Shown here: positions 16,241 to 26,818 of the stretch, one piece after another | Numbering within the stretch: position 1 is the first letter of the stretch | Layout of the letters: the number at the start of each line of letters is the position of its first letter | Virus record (IMG/VR): IMGVR_UViG_3300042997_000909 | Coordinates: 59,451-123,450 of that record | Length of the DNA: 64,000 nt | Origin: a virus | Taxonomy: Duplodnaviria > Caudoviricetes | Strand: one strand, 5' to 3' | Made by a program: the position numbers and the translations under genes | Notes under the pieces: generated by a model | Told to the model about the DNA's origin: nothing | The model's input: only the letters and a program-made list of their open reading frames with translations | Database searches by the model: none

Positions 16241-18970
16241 ATGCAAGTATTTAACGCACTACAAATTAAGAATGGCGCCAAAGTTGATGCTAACAGAATG
16301 GGTACTTTTACTCAACCTGTACAATTTTTAAGAGTAAAGGATAAAGATGAAGCATGGGGTGCTTGGAATATGGACTGGTATGAAATGCAAGGTCTTAAAC
16401 AAATACGCAGGAATGCTAGAAGATTGCTAAAGAACTACAAGTTAGCAACAGGTATCATAGACAAGACAGACTACATTGTTGAAGAAGACAATGATATGGC
16501 TGAGTTGGTTGATATTCTCACAAAAGAGGATGCTTCTGCCTTTGAGTTAAAGTTCTTTCCCATTATACCAAACGTAATCAACGTAATGGTTGGTGAATTT
16601 GCCAAGCGTAACGATAAGATTATGTATAGGTCTGTGGATGATACTTCCTACAATGAAATGCTTGAGCAAAAAAGAGCAATGTTGGAGGAAACATTGTTAT
16701 CAGATGCTGAAATGAAAATGAAAGCTAAGGTTGATAGCATGGGTCTTGACATGAATAATGAAGAGCAAGCACAACAAGCTCAGCAAATGATGTCTCCAGA
16801 GGCTATTAAAACCTTACCTGAAATAGAAGAATTCTTTAAAAAGAATTACAAGTCGCTCATTGAAGAGTGGGCAGGACACCAGCATAATGTAGATGAAGAA
16901 CGTTTCAATTTGAAAGAACTTGAAACTTTAGCATTCAGAGATAGTCTTATAGCAGACAGAGAATTTTGGCACTTTAACATGTTGGAAGATGATTATGAAC
17001 TTGAGGTTTGGAATCCTGTAATTACATTCTATCACAAATCTCCAGGTGCAAGATACATATCTCAGTCAAACTGGGCTGGTAAGATTGACCTAATGACACC
17101 TTCTGATGTGATTGATAAGTATGGTTATCAGATGACAGGTGATCAGTTAAAAAGTCTGGAAGCAATTTACCCTGTTAAATCTGCAGGATATATTCTACCA
17201 GGTGTACAAAATGATGGTTCTTTCTATGATGCTACGCGCTCGCACGAGTGGAATGTTGATGGTCCTTCTTTAGGAATGCGTCAGTTTACATCATACAGAG
17301 ATACTGTAAATGGTGCTGGTGATGACATTATTCTAAAAATTCTTGCAGAGTCTGAAGACCTTATGGACTTTGATAATACTGGATTACTACGCGTAACTAC
17401 AGGTTATTGGAAGTCTCAGAGAATGGTTGGCCACTTGACAAGAATTGATGAGATGGGAATGCTTGTTGACATGATTGTTGATGAGACTTACAAAGTCACT
17501 GAGAAGCCAGTTTATGACACAAAAGTATTAAGAACAAAATCACGTGAGACTCTTGTATTTGGAGAACATATTGATTGGATATGGATTAACCAAACATGGG
17601 GTGGTGTTAAGATTGGTCCTAATAGACCAACATTCTATGGTAACAGTGACAATCTAAATTTCTCTCCTATATACTTAAACGTAGCACCAGTAAAATTTCA
17701 ATTCAAAGGTGACTTTACATTATATGGTTGCAAGTTACCAGTAGAAGGAGCAGTATTCTCTGATAGAAATACCAAATCGCGTTCTCTTGTAGATAAGATG
17801 AAACCCTACCAAATTGGCTACAATCTAGTTAATAACCAAATAGCTGATATCCTAATTGATGAGTTAGGTACTGTAATCTTGTTAGATCAGAATGCATTAC
17901 CACGCCACTCTGCAGGTGAAGACTGGGGACATGGTAATTTTGGAAAAGCATACGTTGCCATGAAGAACTTTGGTATTTTACCATTAGATACTTCAATTAC
18001 AAATACAGAAAACGCTCTTAACTTCCAACACTATCAAGTGTTGAATCTTGAACAGACTCAACGTTTGATGTCAAGGATACAATTAGCAAACCATTTTAAA
18101 CAACAATGTTTTGACACAATTGGTATATCACCTCAGCGTCTAGGTGCAGTAAACGCACAAGAAACAGCGCAAGGTATAGAGCAAGCAATAAACCAAAGTT
18201 ATTCTCAGACTGAAATGTACTTTGTACAACACTCAGAATACTTAATGCCACGCGTACATCAAATGCGTACAGACTTAGCTCAGTACTATCATTCTAATAA
18301 GCCAAGCTTAAGACTTCAATATATGACCACTTTAGACGAAAAAGTGAACTTTGAGATGAATGGTACAGAACTTTTGGCAAGAGAATTAAACATCTTTATT
18401 TCTACCAAAGTAAATCAAAGACAGATAATGGAGCAGATTAGACAACTTGCTCTTAATAACAATACATCTGGTGCTTCTATATATGACTTAGGTAACTTGA
18501 TTAAAGCAGATTCACTTGCTGAAATCACACATACTCTTAAAGCTGTTGAAGAGAAAGTACAAGCTCAGCAACAACAACAAATGCAATCACAAACTGAAGC
18601 AGAACAAGCGCGTCAGGATGGTGAGAACAAACGTCAAGAGGCTGAACTTAAGTTTAAAGCAGAACAAGCACAACTTGATAGAGATGTGGAAATCCAAGTT
18701 GCTGAGATTCGCTCTGCAGGATTTACTGGTATGAAAGATCAGAACATGAATCAGCAAACTGATTACATTGATACACTTGAATATCTTGACAAACGTAGAG
18801 AAAAAGATCGTGACCAATCTATCTCAGAAGCGCGTGAAACAAACAGGATGATTGAGAATCAAACTAAGAATGATTTACAACGTCAAGAGTTACAAACACG
18901 TAATGCAATTGCAGACAAACAAGTACAAATCGCTCTTGTCAACAAAAATAAATATGACAAGAAAAAATAG
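16241..18970 (+). CDS. portal protein
   Basis: 909 aa after TerL; FPIIPNVINVMVGE, SLVDKMKPYQ..YN, IGISPQRLG motifs of crAss-like portals; Q-rich coiled C-terminus. Confidence 0.85.
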   Translation: MQVFNALQIKNGAKVDANRMGTFTQPVQFLRVKDKDEAWGAWNMDWYEMQGLKQIRRNARRLLKNYKLATGIIDKTDYIVEEDNDMAELVDILTKEDASAFELKFFPIIPNVINVMVGEFAKRNDKIMYRSVDDTSYNEMLEQKRAMLEETLLSDAEMKMKAKVDSMGLDMNNEEQAQQAQQMMSPEAIKTLPEIEEFFKKNYKSLIEEWAGHQHNVDEERFNLKELETLAFRDSLIADREFWHFNMLEDDYELEVWNPVITFYHKSPGARYISQSNWAGKIDLMTPSDVIDKYGYQMTGDQLKSLEAIYPVKSAGYILPGVQNDGSFYDATRSHEWNVDGPSLGMRQFTSYRDTVNGAGDDIILKILAESEDLMDFDNTGLLRVTTGYWKSQRMVGHLTRIDEMGMLVDMIVDETYKVTEKPVYDTKVLRTKSRETLVFGEHIDWIWINQTWGGVKIGPNRPTFYGNSDNLNFSPIYLNVAPVKFQFKGDFTLYGCKLPVEGAVFSDRNTKSRSLVDKMKPYQIGYNLVNNQIADILIDELGTVILLDQNALPRHSAGEDWGHGNFGKAYVAMKNFGILPLDTSITNTENALNFQHYQVLNLEQTQRLMSRIQLANHFKQQCFDTIGISPQRLGAVNAQETAQGIEQAINQSYSQTEMYFVQHSEYLMPRVHQMRTDLAQYYHSNKPSLRLQYMTTLDEKVNFEMNGTELLARELNIFISTKVNQRQIMEQIRQLALNNNTSGASIYDLGNLIKADSLAEITHTLKAVEEKVQAQQQQQMQSQTEAEQARQDGENKRQEAELKFKAEQAQLDRDVEIQVAEIRSAGFTGMKDQNMNQQTDYIDTLEYLDKRREKDRDQSISEARETNRMIENQTKNDLQRQELQTRNAIADKQVQIALVNKNKYDKKK

Positions 18971-18972
18971 TT

Positions 18973-18988
18973 TAGCTATATAGTGTCA
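18973..18988. repeat. 16-bp motif TAGCTATATAGTGTCA, copy 2
   Basis: Exact match to 6507-6522; lies between portal and scaffold. Confidence 0.7.
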
Positions 18989-19083
18989 AAAACTTTATAA
19001 CAAGTGTATTGCTAGTTTAAATTTTTGAAGTTTATTTGCTAACTTAATATTGAAGAAAGAAGAAGAACCACAAAAACAGAAGT

Positions 19084-20310
19084 ATGGAAGATTTGAATAA
19101 AACAACAACTGAAACTCAAGACGTGAGTTCAGTAACACTTGAAAACATTGATGACTTTTTGCCACTTCCTGGTGCAGACAGTGTAGTAACATCTGATGAA
19201 GAAGAAACTAAAACAGTTTTCTCAAAACCTGATGGAGCAACTGACTTAAGTTTTATTGACAATGCTGACGATAAAACACCAACAGCAAGTAAAGAAGATG
19301 TAGAAAATGCATTATCTGAATTAGATGCTGATATTGCAGATGATGCAGATGACACTTCTAAAGCTGGTCGCAAGAAGATTGATAAAAGTGGAATGGTAGA
19401 AACATTCTCAAAACTTATTGATGAGGGTGTCCTCATGGGTTTTGAAGATGACAAACCAATGGATGAATACTCTATGAAGGATTGGAAAGAATTAATCCAA
19501 GCCAACTTAGATGAAAAGGAGCGAGCATTACGTGAGCAAACTCCAAAAGAGTTCTTTGAAGCATTACCTGAAGAGTTGCAGTATGCAGCTGAGTATGTAG
19601 CAAAAGGTGGTAAAGATATGAAAGGATTGTTCAGAGCATTAGCTCAAGTAGAAGAACAACGTTCATTAGATCCTTCAAATGATGAACACCAAGAGATGAT
19701 TGTTCGTCAGTACCTTTATGCAACTAATTTTGGAAGTGGTGATCAAGCATTGATTGAAGATCAAATTGAAGAGTGGGTTAATAGTGGAACAATCTCTAAA
19801 CGCGCAAATCAATTCAAACCAAAATTAGATGACATGCAAGCGCAAGTGTTACAATCTAAACTAGCACAACAAGAGCAGTTTAAATTGCAACAGCAACACC
19901 AAAAAGAGCAGTATATGGAAAACATATACAATACTCTAAAACCAGGAGATTTGAATGGTGTAAAGGTTGATAACAAACGTCAAAAGTTCTTATGGGAAGA
20001 ATTGACAACTTTAAAGTATCAAAGCTTACAAGGAAAACCAACAAATCTTTTAGGAAGATTACTTGAAGATTATCAGTTCAGTCAAAGTCCTAGATATGAC
20101 CTTATTGCAGAAACACTGTGGTTATTGTCAGATCCAGATGACTACAAAGAACAGATAAGAAGACAAGGAAGAAACGAGGCAACTCAGGACACTGTGAAAA
20201 AATTAAAAACTGAAGAGGCAAGAAGGCTGTCTTCTACAGTAACAGAAGAAAAAGAACCACAGAATGCAAGACCTTCATTGAAGAAACCACGTAACATTTT
20301 TGCAAGATAA
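19084..20310 (+). CDS. putative capsid scaffolding protein
   Basis: Highly acidic N-terminus, helical; sits between portal and MCP as in crAss-like phages. Confidence 0.65.
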   Translation: MEDLNKTTTETQDVSSVTLENIDDFLPLPGADSVVTSDEEETKTVFSKPDGATDLSFIDNADDKTPTASKEDVENALSELDADIADDADDTSKAGRKKIDKSGMVETFSKLIDEGVLMGFEDDKPMDEYSMKDWKELIQANLDEKERALREQTPKEFFEALPEELQYAAEYVAKGGKDMKGLFRALAQVEEQRSLDPSNDEHQEMIVRQYLYATNFGSGDQALIEDQIEEWVNSGTISKRANQFKPKLDDMQAQVLQSKLAQQEQFKLQQQHQKEQYMENIYNTLKPGDLNGVKVDNKRQKFLWEELTTLKYQSLQGKPTNLLGRLLEDYQFSQSPRYDLIAETLWLLSDPDDYKEQIRRQGRNEATQDTVKKLKTEEARRLSSTVTEEKEPQNARPSLKKPRNIFAR

Positions 20311-20339
20311 CAAATTTATTAACTCTAATACAATAACAA

Positions 20340-21968
20340 ATGGCAACACCAGTTTTAAACAACGGTCTGTTTCTGAGAGACACGAGCTACAAAGTTTCGT
20401 CTCACTTAGATTCATACCACCTAGTTAACATGCTGAAGTCTGCAGAACCAATGGATTTGGGTCCTGTTGATCTTTGGGCAATGTCTCAGAAAGTAGAAAT
20501 GCCTCTTTACCAAATGTCTTCATTTGGAGGTAAGAATACAATTTTGGTAGATACACCACGTGGCGAGTACAAGTGGCAAACTCCAATTGTGCAAGACCTT
20601 CCATATGTAACTGAGGATATTGAGCCAACAGCTGCTATTCTTGGACAAGATGGTACTACTTTCAAACTTAAGTTAAACAGACGTGTATTTGGACATGGTG
20701 ATATTATCACTTATGACAAGTATCGTGGGTTGGAATTATACATCACTGCTGATGATATTCTTCCTTCTGCAGATGGTTACATCTACACTGTTCAACTTGT
20801 GAACAACAACAACAATGCATCTTTGGATCACAAATATTTGAAACCAGGAACTAAATTCTTTAGAAAAGGTTCTGCTCGTGGAGAGTATGGAGAAAGATTC
20901 TCTGACATTGGTGAATTGACAAATGGATACCGTGAGTACTACAACTTTGTTGGTGGTGCTGAAGCTCACGTTCACTATTCAGTATCTTCTCGTGCAGAAA
21001 TGATGATGAAAGGTGGTCTTAATGCAGATGGTTCAGTTCCTGTAACTGAAATCTGGAGAACATTTGACAAAAACTTGGATCCTTCTATTGCGAACATTGA
21101 CCAAATGTTAGCAGTAATGGGTAAAGAGTATATCAAAAAAGCATATGACAATGGTTCATTGACACGTTCTTTCTTGACGAAAATGGAAGCTGCTCACTTG
21201 ACTAAGATTGCTACTGACATTGAGACTTACTTAATGTGGGGACAAGGTGGTCGCATCAAGCAAGATGGTCCAGATGATATGAGATTATCTGTTGGACTTT
21301 GGGCACAGTTAGATAACTCTTACAAGAGAATCTACAACAAATCAGGATTTACTCTTGACTTGTTCCGCTCTGAGATCTTCAACTTCTACAATGGTAAAGT
21401 TGAGTTCAAAGGACCAGACCCACAACGTAACTTGATTGTACAAACAGGTATGGCAGGTATGAAAATGATCAACCAACAAATCAAGAAAGAGGCGTTTGGT
21501 ACAGGTCTTACTGTCAACATGGATCAATCAGGTGTTGGTGCAATCTCTGGAAACAACGCAATGGATTTGAACTTTGGATTCGCATTCACAAGCTACACAA
21601 TTCCTTTCTTGGCAAATGTGAAGTTTGTATTGAACCCAGCGTTTGACAACGTACATACAAATGATATTGAAAACCCAATCATTGATGGTTATCCATTATC
21701 TTCTTACAACTTTATTATCTTTGATATCACTGATAACACAAATGACAACATCTTCTTGTTGAAATTGAAGTGGGATAGTGAGTTGAAGTGGTTCTACCAA
21801 AATGGTACTATGGACTACATGGGACGTTCACAAGGATTCCAGTCTTCTGGAAACTTCAATGGATACCGTGTCATGATGTCTCAAACAATGCCATCTATTT
21901 GGGTTAAAGATCCAACTAAAGTGTTGAAGATAGTTATGAGAAATCCAGTGACTGGAGGATCATTCTAA
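20340..21968 (+). CDS. major capsid protein
   Basis: 542 aa, position after the scaffold, strongly biased codons; EYKW, LMWG.GG, GLWAQL, VQTGMAG, NPAFD motifs of crAss-like HK97-fold MCPs. Confidence 0.85.
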   Translation: MATPVLNNGLFLRDTSYKVSSHLDSYHLVNMLKSAEPMDLGPVDLWAMSQKVEMPLYQMSSFGGKNTILVDTPRGEYKWQTPIVQDLPYVTEDIEPTAAILGQDGTTFKLKLNRRVFGHGDIITYDKYRGLELYITADDILPSADGYIYTVQLVNNNNNASLDHKYLKPGTKFFRKGSARGEYGERFSDIGELTNGYREYYNFVGGAEAHVHYSVSSRAEMMMKGGLNADGSVPVTEIWRTFDKNLDPSIANIDQMLAVMGKEYIKKAYDNGSLTRSFLTKMEAAHLTKIATDIETYLMWGQGGRIKQDGPDDMRLSVGLWAQLDNSYKRIYNKSGFTLDLFRSEIFNFYNGKVEFKGPDPQRNLIVQTGMAGMKMINQQIKKEAFGTGLTVNMDQSGVGAISGNNAMDLNFGFAFTSYTIPFLANVKFVLNPAFDNVHTNDIENPIIDGYPLSSYNFIIFDITDNTNDNIFLLKLKWDSELKWFYQNGTMDYMGRSQGFQSSGNFNGYRVMMSQTMPSIWVKDPTKVLKIVMRNPVTGGSF

Positions 21969-21988
21969 GGACGCTCCACCTCCTCAAT

Positions 21989-22109
21989 ATCAGATGTGAA
22001 TCTGATGGAAGCAACGCTAAGAGGGATTAATTCCCTCTTGGTACTCTCAAAAGTAACAGCCTTGACGTGGCTTGAGAGCTAAGTAGCAGAAATGCAAAAC
22101 CAATGTTAC
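21989..22109 (+). ncRNA. structured RNA element downstream of MCP
   Basis: Hairpins 21989-22006 (GUGA loop), 22019-22039, 22044-22078, 22086-22095 (GAAA loop); no U tract. Confidence 0.4.
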
Positions 22110-22151
22110 ACAGAAGAAAAGAAGAAAAACCCAAAACAAAAAAAAAGAAAG

Positions 22152-23168
22152 ATGGAAAACATGACTGTAGTTGAAAAAGACAGAGGACTGAAGCGAACAA
22201 GTTCAGTCTCAATTAAGCCTTTTGTAAATGGTTCAGTGTCAAATATGGGACTGGAGAAATATGAGATGGCTGTATTTGAAGGAGTTGTTCATGAAGAAGT
22301 TGTTGCATGCTTGGAATTCAATGGAATTAAAAGATATGTGACAGGTTTGAATGAGTTTGCTCCTGAGATAAAAAGTTTACCAACAGATGAGCGTGAGGCT
22401 GCTGTTAAAGAAATCAGAACAGTAGTTGCTCAATTAGAAAAAGAATTAGCATCAAACTACATTGATCCAAAGGATGAGAACTTTTGGAACAAGGTTACAT
22501 TGCTAAGACCTGACAACTCTGAGTTCTGGGAAAAAATTGTATTGAGAATGGGTAATGACCCAATTTTTTTAGATCCAACACTTGATCCATATGACCTTAT
22601 TAAATTAAGAGCAATTCAAGCAGGTGGATTTTCATTAGTAGCAAAATCATTTGACCATGCTAGAACAAGTCCAACACACAAGTTCTACTTGGATAAATTT
22701 GAAGAAACTGTTACTATCAAGACTGAGGTTAAAAAATTACGCAACAAAGCGTTGGCAGAACTTCAAAAACTTTATGACAAGAATGCTAACAAGTTATTCT
22801 TGATTGCTAAGATTATTGATTCTAACTCTACTCAGTACAAAAAGTCAACACCAAATGATGTACTTTATGACAATATGGACAAATACATCAATGGAGAAAC
22901 TGTTGATAAGGATAAAAAGAAAACTGCAGCAAGATTCTTAGAGGTTAGTAATTATGATATGGAAACATTGAAATTACGTTCTCTAGTGAAAGATGGCAAT
23001 TATTATAAAGTTATTGCAACGCGTGGTGATGGTAATATTTACCATATGTCAAGTGGTGCATTACTTGGCAAAACTCCAGCTGATGTAGCTGAGTACTTGA
23101 AGAATCCTCTAAACGAAGAGATTCTTATGGATATCACAAGAAATGTTGAACAACACTGGAATAGCTAA
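22152..23168 (+). CDS. conserved crAss-like protein following MCP
   Basis: Likely ATG at 22152; RYVTGLNE, NSEFWE, LDP..PYD motifs. Confidence 0.65.
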   Translation: MENMTVVEKDRGLKRTSSVSIKPFVNGSVSNMGLEKYEMAVFEGVVHEEVVACLEFNGIKRYVTGLNEFAPEIKSLPTDEREAAVKEIRTVVAQLEKELASNYIDPKDENFWNKVTLLRPDNSEFWEKIVLRMGNDPIFLDPTLDPYDLIKLRAIQAGGFSLVAKSFDHARTSPTHKFYLDKFEETVTIKTEVKKLRNKALAELQKLYDKNANKLFLIAKIIDSNSTQYKKSTPNDVLYDNMDKYINGETVDKDKKKTAARFLEVSNYDMETLKLRSLVKDGNYYKVIATRGDGNIYHMSSGALLGKTPADVAEYLKNPLNEEILMDITRNVEQHWNS

Positions 23169-23869
23169 TGGATAATAATCTTCTCAGAATTAAGATATAT
23201 GAGCGTTTGAATAAACTCGCTTCATTTGACTATGACAATATTGAATGCTGGCAGATATCTGAAGCATTTAATAAGGCACAGATTGAATGGATACGTAGAC
23301 AGATACATATTAGTCCTAATCATACAGATTCTGATGAGTCATCCAAAATGCAAATTGATGATATTCAAAATATTCTTTTAACAGATGATATTGCTATTAA
23401 CAAGCAAGATTTGTTTTATGAAACAGAGTTAATACCAACAGACTACTTGTATTTTAAACGTGTGTCGATAAAAGGTGTAAAAGATTGTTGTCCTCCAAGA
23501 GCACTTACAGTATATCTTGATGAAGCAGCAGATGTTGACAACCTTTTGTCTGATGAGTTTAAAAGACCAAGTTGGGAGTGGGGTGAAACATTTTGTACTA
23601 TGCAAAGTAATAAAATTCGCATATACACAAACAATGAGTTTGAAATAGTAGAACCAACTCTTACATACTATAGAAAACCAAGACTTGTTGAATTTGCAGG
23701 ATGCATAAATCCTTCAACAGGAATTGCATCAGTGGCAGATGTAATATGTGAGTTTAAAGATGATGTTGTAGAAGTTATGATTGATAATGCAGTTTCTATT
23801 ATTGCAGGAGATATTGAATCTTTCAACCAAATGTCTCGTAACCAGCAGAATGCATCAATAAATGACTAA
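23168..23869 (+). CDS. head-tail adaptor / ring protein
   Basis: FNKAQIEW, IPTDYLYF, LTYYRKP, CEF..VEVMID.AV motifs typical of crAss-like ring proteins. Confidence 0.65.
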   Translation: MDNNLLRIKIYERLNKLASFDYDNIECWQISEAFNKAQIEWIRRQIHISPNHTDSDESSKMQIDDIQNILLTDDIAINKQDLFYETELIPTDYLYFKRVSIKGVKDCCPPRALTVYLDEAADVDNLLSDEFKRPSWEWGETFCTMQSNKIRIYTNNEFEIVEPTLTYYRKPRLVEFAGCINPSTGIASVADVICEFKDDVVEVMIDNAVSIIAGDIESFNQMSRNQQNASIND

Positions 23870-23881
23870 AACAAATAAATA

Positions 23882-24361
23882 ATGGAAGATTTTGCAGGAT
23901 CATATATGTTAAAAAGAAGACCTCTAAAAGGCGCACTAGGTGACTCAGAAGGTTATCACAACTCTGAGTATCCTCTTGACCAAGAAGTGGCAGAATTAGG
24001 ATATGAACTTATGACAGCAGCAACATGCTTTCACAAGTTGCATCTAAAAGTAAAAGATCTTGGTTCTTTTGCAGCTCATTTAGCTTTAAAAGAGTTGTAT
24101 GAAGCACTATCAGATCATGCAGATACTTTGATAGAAAGCTATCAAGGAGCTGTAGAAAGAATAATAGAATGTTCTCACGAGGAAGAAAAATCAAAAAAAG
24201 TTTGCAATTCTGTAGAAGATGCATTATCTTATATACGAGAGCTTACTGGTGAGATCACAGAACTACAAGCTATGATACCATATAGTGAAATAGTAAATGA
24301 CCTTGACACTGTCAAATCAACTTTGAACTCTGCCAAGTATAAACTTAAATTTTTGAAGTAA
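23882..24361 (+). CDS. ferritin/Dps-like (DUF5856-type) protein
   Basis: FHKLHL, FAAHLALKELYEAL..HADTLIESYQG, C-terminal AKYKLKFL. Confidence 0.75.
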   Translation: MEDFAGSYMLKRRPLKGALGDSEGYHNSEYPLDQEVAELGYELMTAATCFHKLHLKVKDLGSFAAHLALKELYEALSDHADTLIESYQGAVERIIECSHEEEKSKKVCNSVEDALSYIRELTGEITELQAMIPYSEIVNDLDTVKSTLNSAKYKLKFLK

Positions 24362-24398
24362 TAGTTTTTTTTTGTTTAATTTTTAAATTGTAAATGTT

Positions 24399-25940
24399 AT
24401 GAGTTATTTTCCACACGCGTTTCAGAAAATGTTAGTTGGGACGCACCCAGCAGGAGCAGCAACACCTGTTCCATTTCCAAGTCCAGCACCAGCTACTACA
24501 GTAGCTATTCCAGCTGGTCAAATTGGTATTGTCAATGCTTTGACAAATGTTCCAATTGACCCTGCAGTAGCTCCAGGTTTTGGTACTGGCGTTAACCAAT
24601 ATACGCAAGTATATTTGGCACAAGGTAGTTTCCACCTAAATGACAAGATTGGTCCTTTCCATGGAGGTTATAAGGAAACTGTAAAGTCAAAAGGTATTAA
24701 TGCTAAACTTGTTAGTTCTTTTTACAGAACTGACCCTGCTCAACCAGTTAATGAGGTGGTTGAGGTATGTCAAACAAACTGCGGTCTTGATTGTGATACA
24801 ATGTATGACTTACGTATTGACATCAAAGGTTCACCAGCATTACGCTTTTTGAATCACAATTTGTACCAAACCCTTAGTGCATACTCTGGATGTTGTACAT
24901 TTTCAGGTGGTTCTACAACTCCTGATAAAGTTGATCCAACTGTAGTTTTACTACAATGGGCTAACCAAATCAATGGATTGTTTGACGCAAATGGTTTACC
25001 AGTAGTTGGTGGTAACAGTTCTATTCCATTCTTAAATCAGTTTGTAAATGCTGTAGTATGGGTTAAAACTGCATTAAACACAACTGCAACTGGTGTGGCT
25101 GGTGCTTCAACAATCACTGTAGTTTCTGCTGGTTCAGGTGCTACTGCAATCCAAGCTGGTAATAAAGTAAAAGTAGCTGGTTACAGTGCTTATGTAGGCC
25201 CAACTTATACTACTGGAACATCAATTCCATTGGTAAATGCAGATGGTACTCCATTCATTATTCCAGTTCCAGGAATCCCTGCATTGTCAGCGGTTAAATT
25301 CTACAGAACTACAACTAGTGCAGCATATACTCCTGCAACAGGAGCAGCTGCTGTAACAGTTGATTCTTGTATGGACATCGTTGGTGCTTACATGGACACA
25401 GTATTTGGTGATTGTTCATTCAATCCTAATGACCATTTTGAAACAGAACCAATTTTGATTTATGCTTCTGTTGCATCTTACGCAAACAACTCAAATGACA
25501 TTAATCCTGGAAACGGTGATTCATGTGTTGTGTCTTGTTTTGTGATCAATGAGATTCAGCAAGCTAAACAAGGAAAAGGATTTGGTGAAACTTTAGTTCG
25601 TGAGTTAATCCTTGCTAAGCGTTACCAACAAGAACCTTGGTATCAAGATCCACGTATGCGTGAAGTAATGCAAGATACAACTCTTGGAACTAGCAATGCT
25701 GGTGGACCAGAGATTGTTCGTGGTAACAAGTATAGTGTTTATTACTTGCTACATAGCATTCCACGTAAGAGCAACCCAACAGGTGTTTATGACAATGATC
25801 AATATTTAATTAAAATTGTTGTTCCTTCATATTTAACTGCAGCAGGTGCTACTTTGACAAGTTTGAATAACTTCCAAACTTGGTGGAATACTTGGTTAGC
25901 AGCAGCTCAAGCTGGTGTAACTTTACAGGTTGTTGCGTAA
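24399..25940 (+). CDS. virion structural protein (possible auxiliary capsid protein)
   Basis: A/T/P/G-rich, biased codons, followed by a terminator; GKGFGETL and YYLLHS motifs. Confidence 0.6.
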   Translation: MSYFPHAFQKMLVGTHPAGAATPVPFPSPAPATTVAIPAGQIGIVNALTNVPIDPAVAPGFGTGVNQYTQVYLAQGSFHLNDKIGPFHGGYKETVKSKGINAKLVSSFYRTDPAQPVNEVVEVCQTNCGLDCDTMYDLRIDIKGSPALRFLNHNLYQTLSAYSGCCTFSGGSTTPDKVDPTVVLLQWANQINGLFDANGLPVVGGNSSIPFLNQFVNAVVWVKTALNTTATGVAGASTITVVSAGSGATAIQAGNKVKVAGYSAYVGPTYTTGTSIPLVNADGTPFIIPVPGIPALSAVKFYRTTTSAAYTPATGAAAVTVDSCMDIVGAYMDTVFGDCSFNPNDHFETEPILIYASVASYANNSNDINPGNGDSCVVSCFVINEIQQAKQGKGFGETLVRELILAKRYQQEPWYQDPRMREVMQDTTLGTSNAGGPEIVRGNKYSVYYLLHSIPRKSNPTGVYDNDQYLIKIVVPSYLTAAGATLTSLNNFQTWWNTWLAAAQAGVTLQVVA

Positions 25941-25963
25941 TTGCAAATCTGGCTACTATAGAC

Positions 25964-26007
25964 AAAGAGGAAAAGAAGGGCATCACGCTCTTCTTTTTCT
26001 TTTTTTT
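25964..26007 (+). terminator. intrinsic terminator
   Basis: AAAGAGGAAAAGAAGGGC/GCTCTTCTTTTTCTTT stem plus a long U tract. Confidence 0.75.
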
Positions 26008-26068
26008 GTTGTATCTTTAAGGAAATTTTCTTAAATTTTATTGAAGGGTATTATTAAAACCTCAAACT

Positions 26069-26626
26069 ATGGCAATAAAACATATTTTACAGTTGGATGT
26101 ACCTGAAACAGCTTGTGAGAACATTCTCAGAGTTGTGGATACATCTATATATGCTGATCCAAATTTGCTACCAATTGAATGTCAACAACTTGATATTACT
26201 CTACCTGGTACAAACCAACCAATATATATAACCGCTGGGCTTACACCAAATTTCTGTGAAGTGTTTGATGCAACAGATTTAGGTATAGCATGCCCTCCAG
26301 GATCACCACTACATGATGGTGTATATACTATTAGATACAGCATTTCTCCAAATGACGTGACACATATCACGTACTACCATCTAAGAACAACATCTACACT
26401 GAATAGATATTTTGGAGAAATTTGCAAATTACACTTAGAAGAGTGTGAACCTGCTTCAGAAGAAAGACAAAAACTTAATGACCTGCGATATATCAAAATG
26501 CTAATTGATGCAGCAAAAGCTAAAGTTGAATACTGTCATGCACCAACACAAGGTGTAGACATGCTTGCTTATGCAAACAGATTACTTGATAACTATATTA
26601 TGGGTTGTTGTATAACATGTAGATAA
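26069..26626 (+). CDS. putative tail hub/fibre-attachment protein
   Basis: Ig-like N-terminus (LHDGVYTIRYS) plus a helical Cys-containing C-terminus. Confidence 0.55.
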   Translation: MAIKHILQLDVPETACENILRVVDTSIYADPNLLPIECQQLDITLPGTNQPIYITAGLTPNFCEVFDATDLGIACPPGSPLHDGVYTIRYSISPNDVTHITYYHLRTTSTLNRYFGEICKLHLEECEPASEERQKLNDLRYIKMLIDAAKAKVEYCHAPTQGVDMLAYANRLLDNYIMGCCITCR

Positions 26627-26637
26627 AACAGAAGATT

Positions 26638-26817
26638 ATGAAATGCCAAAATTGTGGAAACAAATTAACGTGTGGTTGCCAACAAAAGATTGCAAGTAAT
26701 GGCAAATCTGTATGTGCAAATTGTATTGCAGCGTATGAAAGTTCTTTAAGACCAAACATTACGCCACAGAATCAACCATATATATGGGACATACCAAAAA
26801 ATTATTATCCTAAATAA
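26638..26817 (+). CDS. 59-aa Cys-rich protein (not in ORF track)
   Basis: Read manually: MKCQNCGNKLTCGCQQKIASNGKSVCANCIAAYE...YPK*; fits between neighbours. Confidence 0.7.
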   Translation: MKCQNCGNKLTCGCQQKIASNGKSVCANCIAAYESSLRPNITPQNQPYIWDIPKNYYPK

Positions 26818-26818
26818 C

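Noticed and set aside
14035-21968. Introns or inteins in TerL, portal or MCP
   Set aside because: ORFs are continuous, of ordinary length, with no intein (C...HN) or homing-endonuclease motifs seen
21950-21968. MCP ending TGGSF as part of the GG system
   Set aside because: Single occurrence without the usual upstream residues; could be chance
22000-22100. Hammerhead or twister ribozyme after MCP
   Set aside because: CTGATGG deviates from CUGANGA and twister core elements were not found
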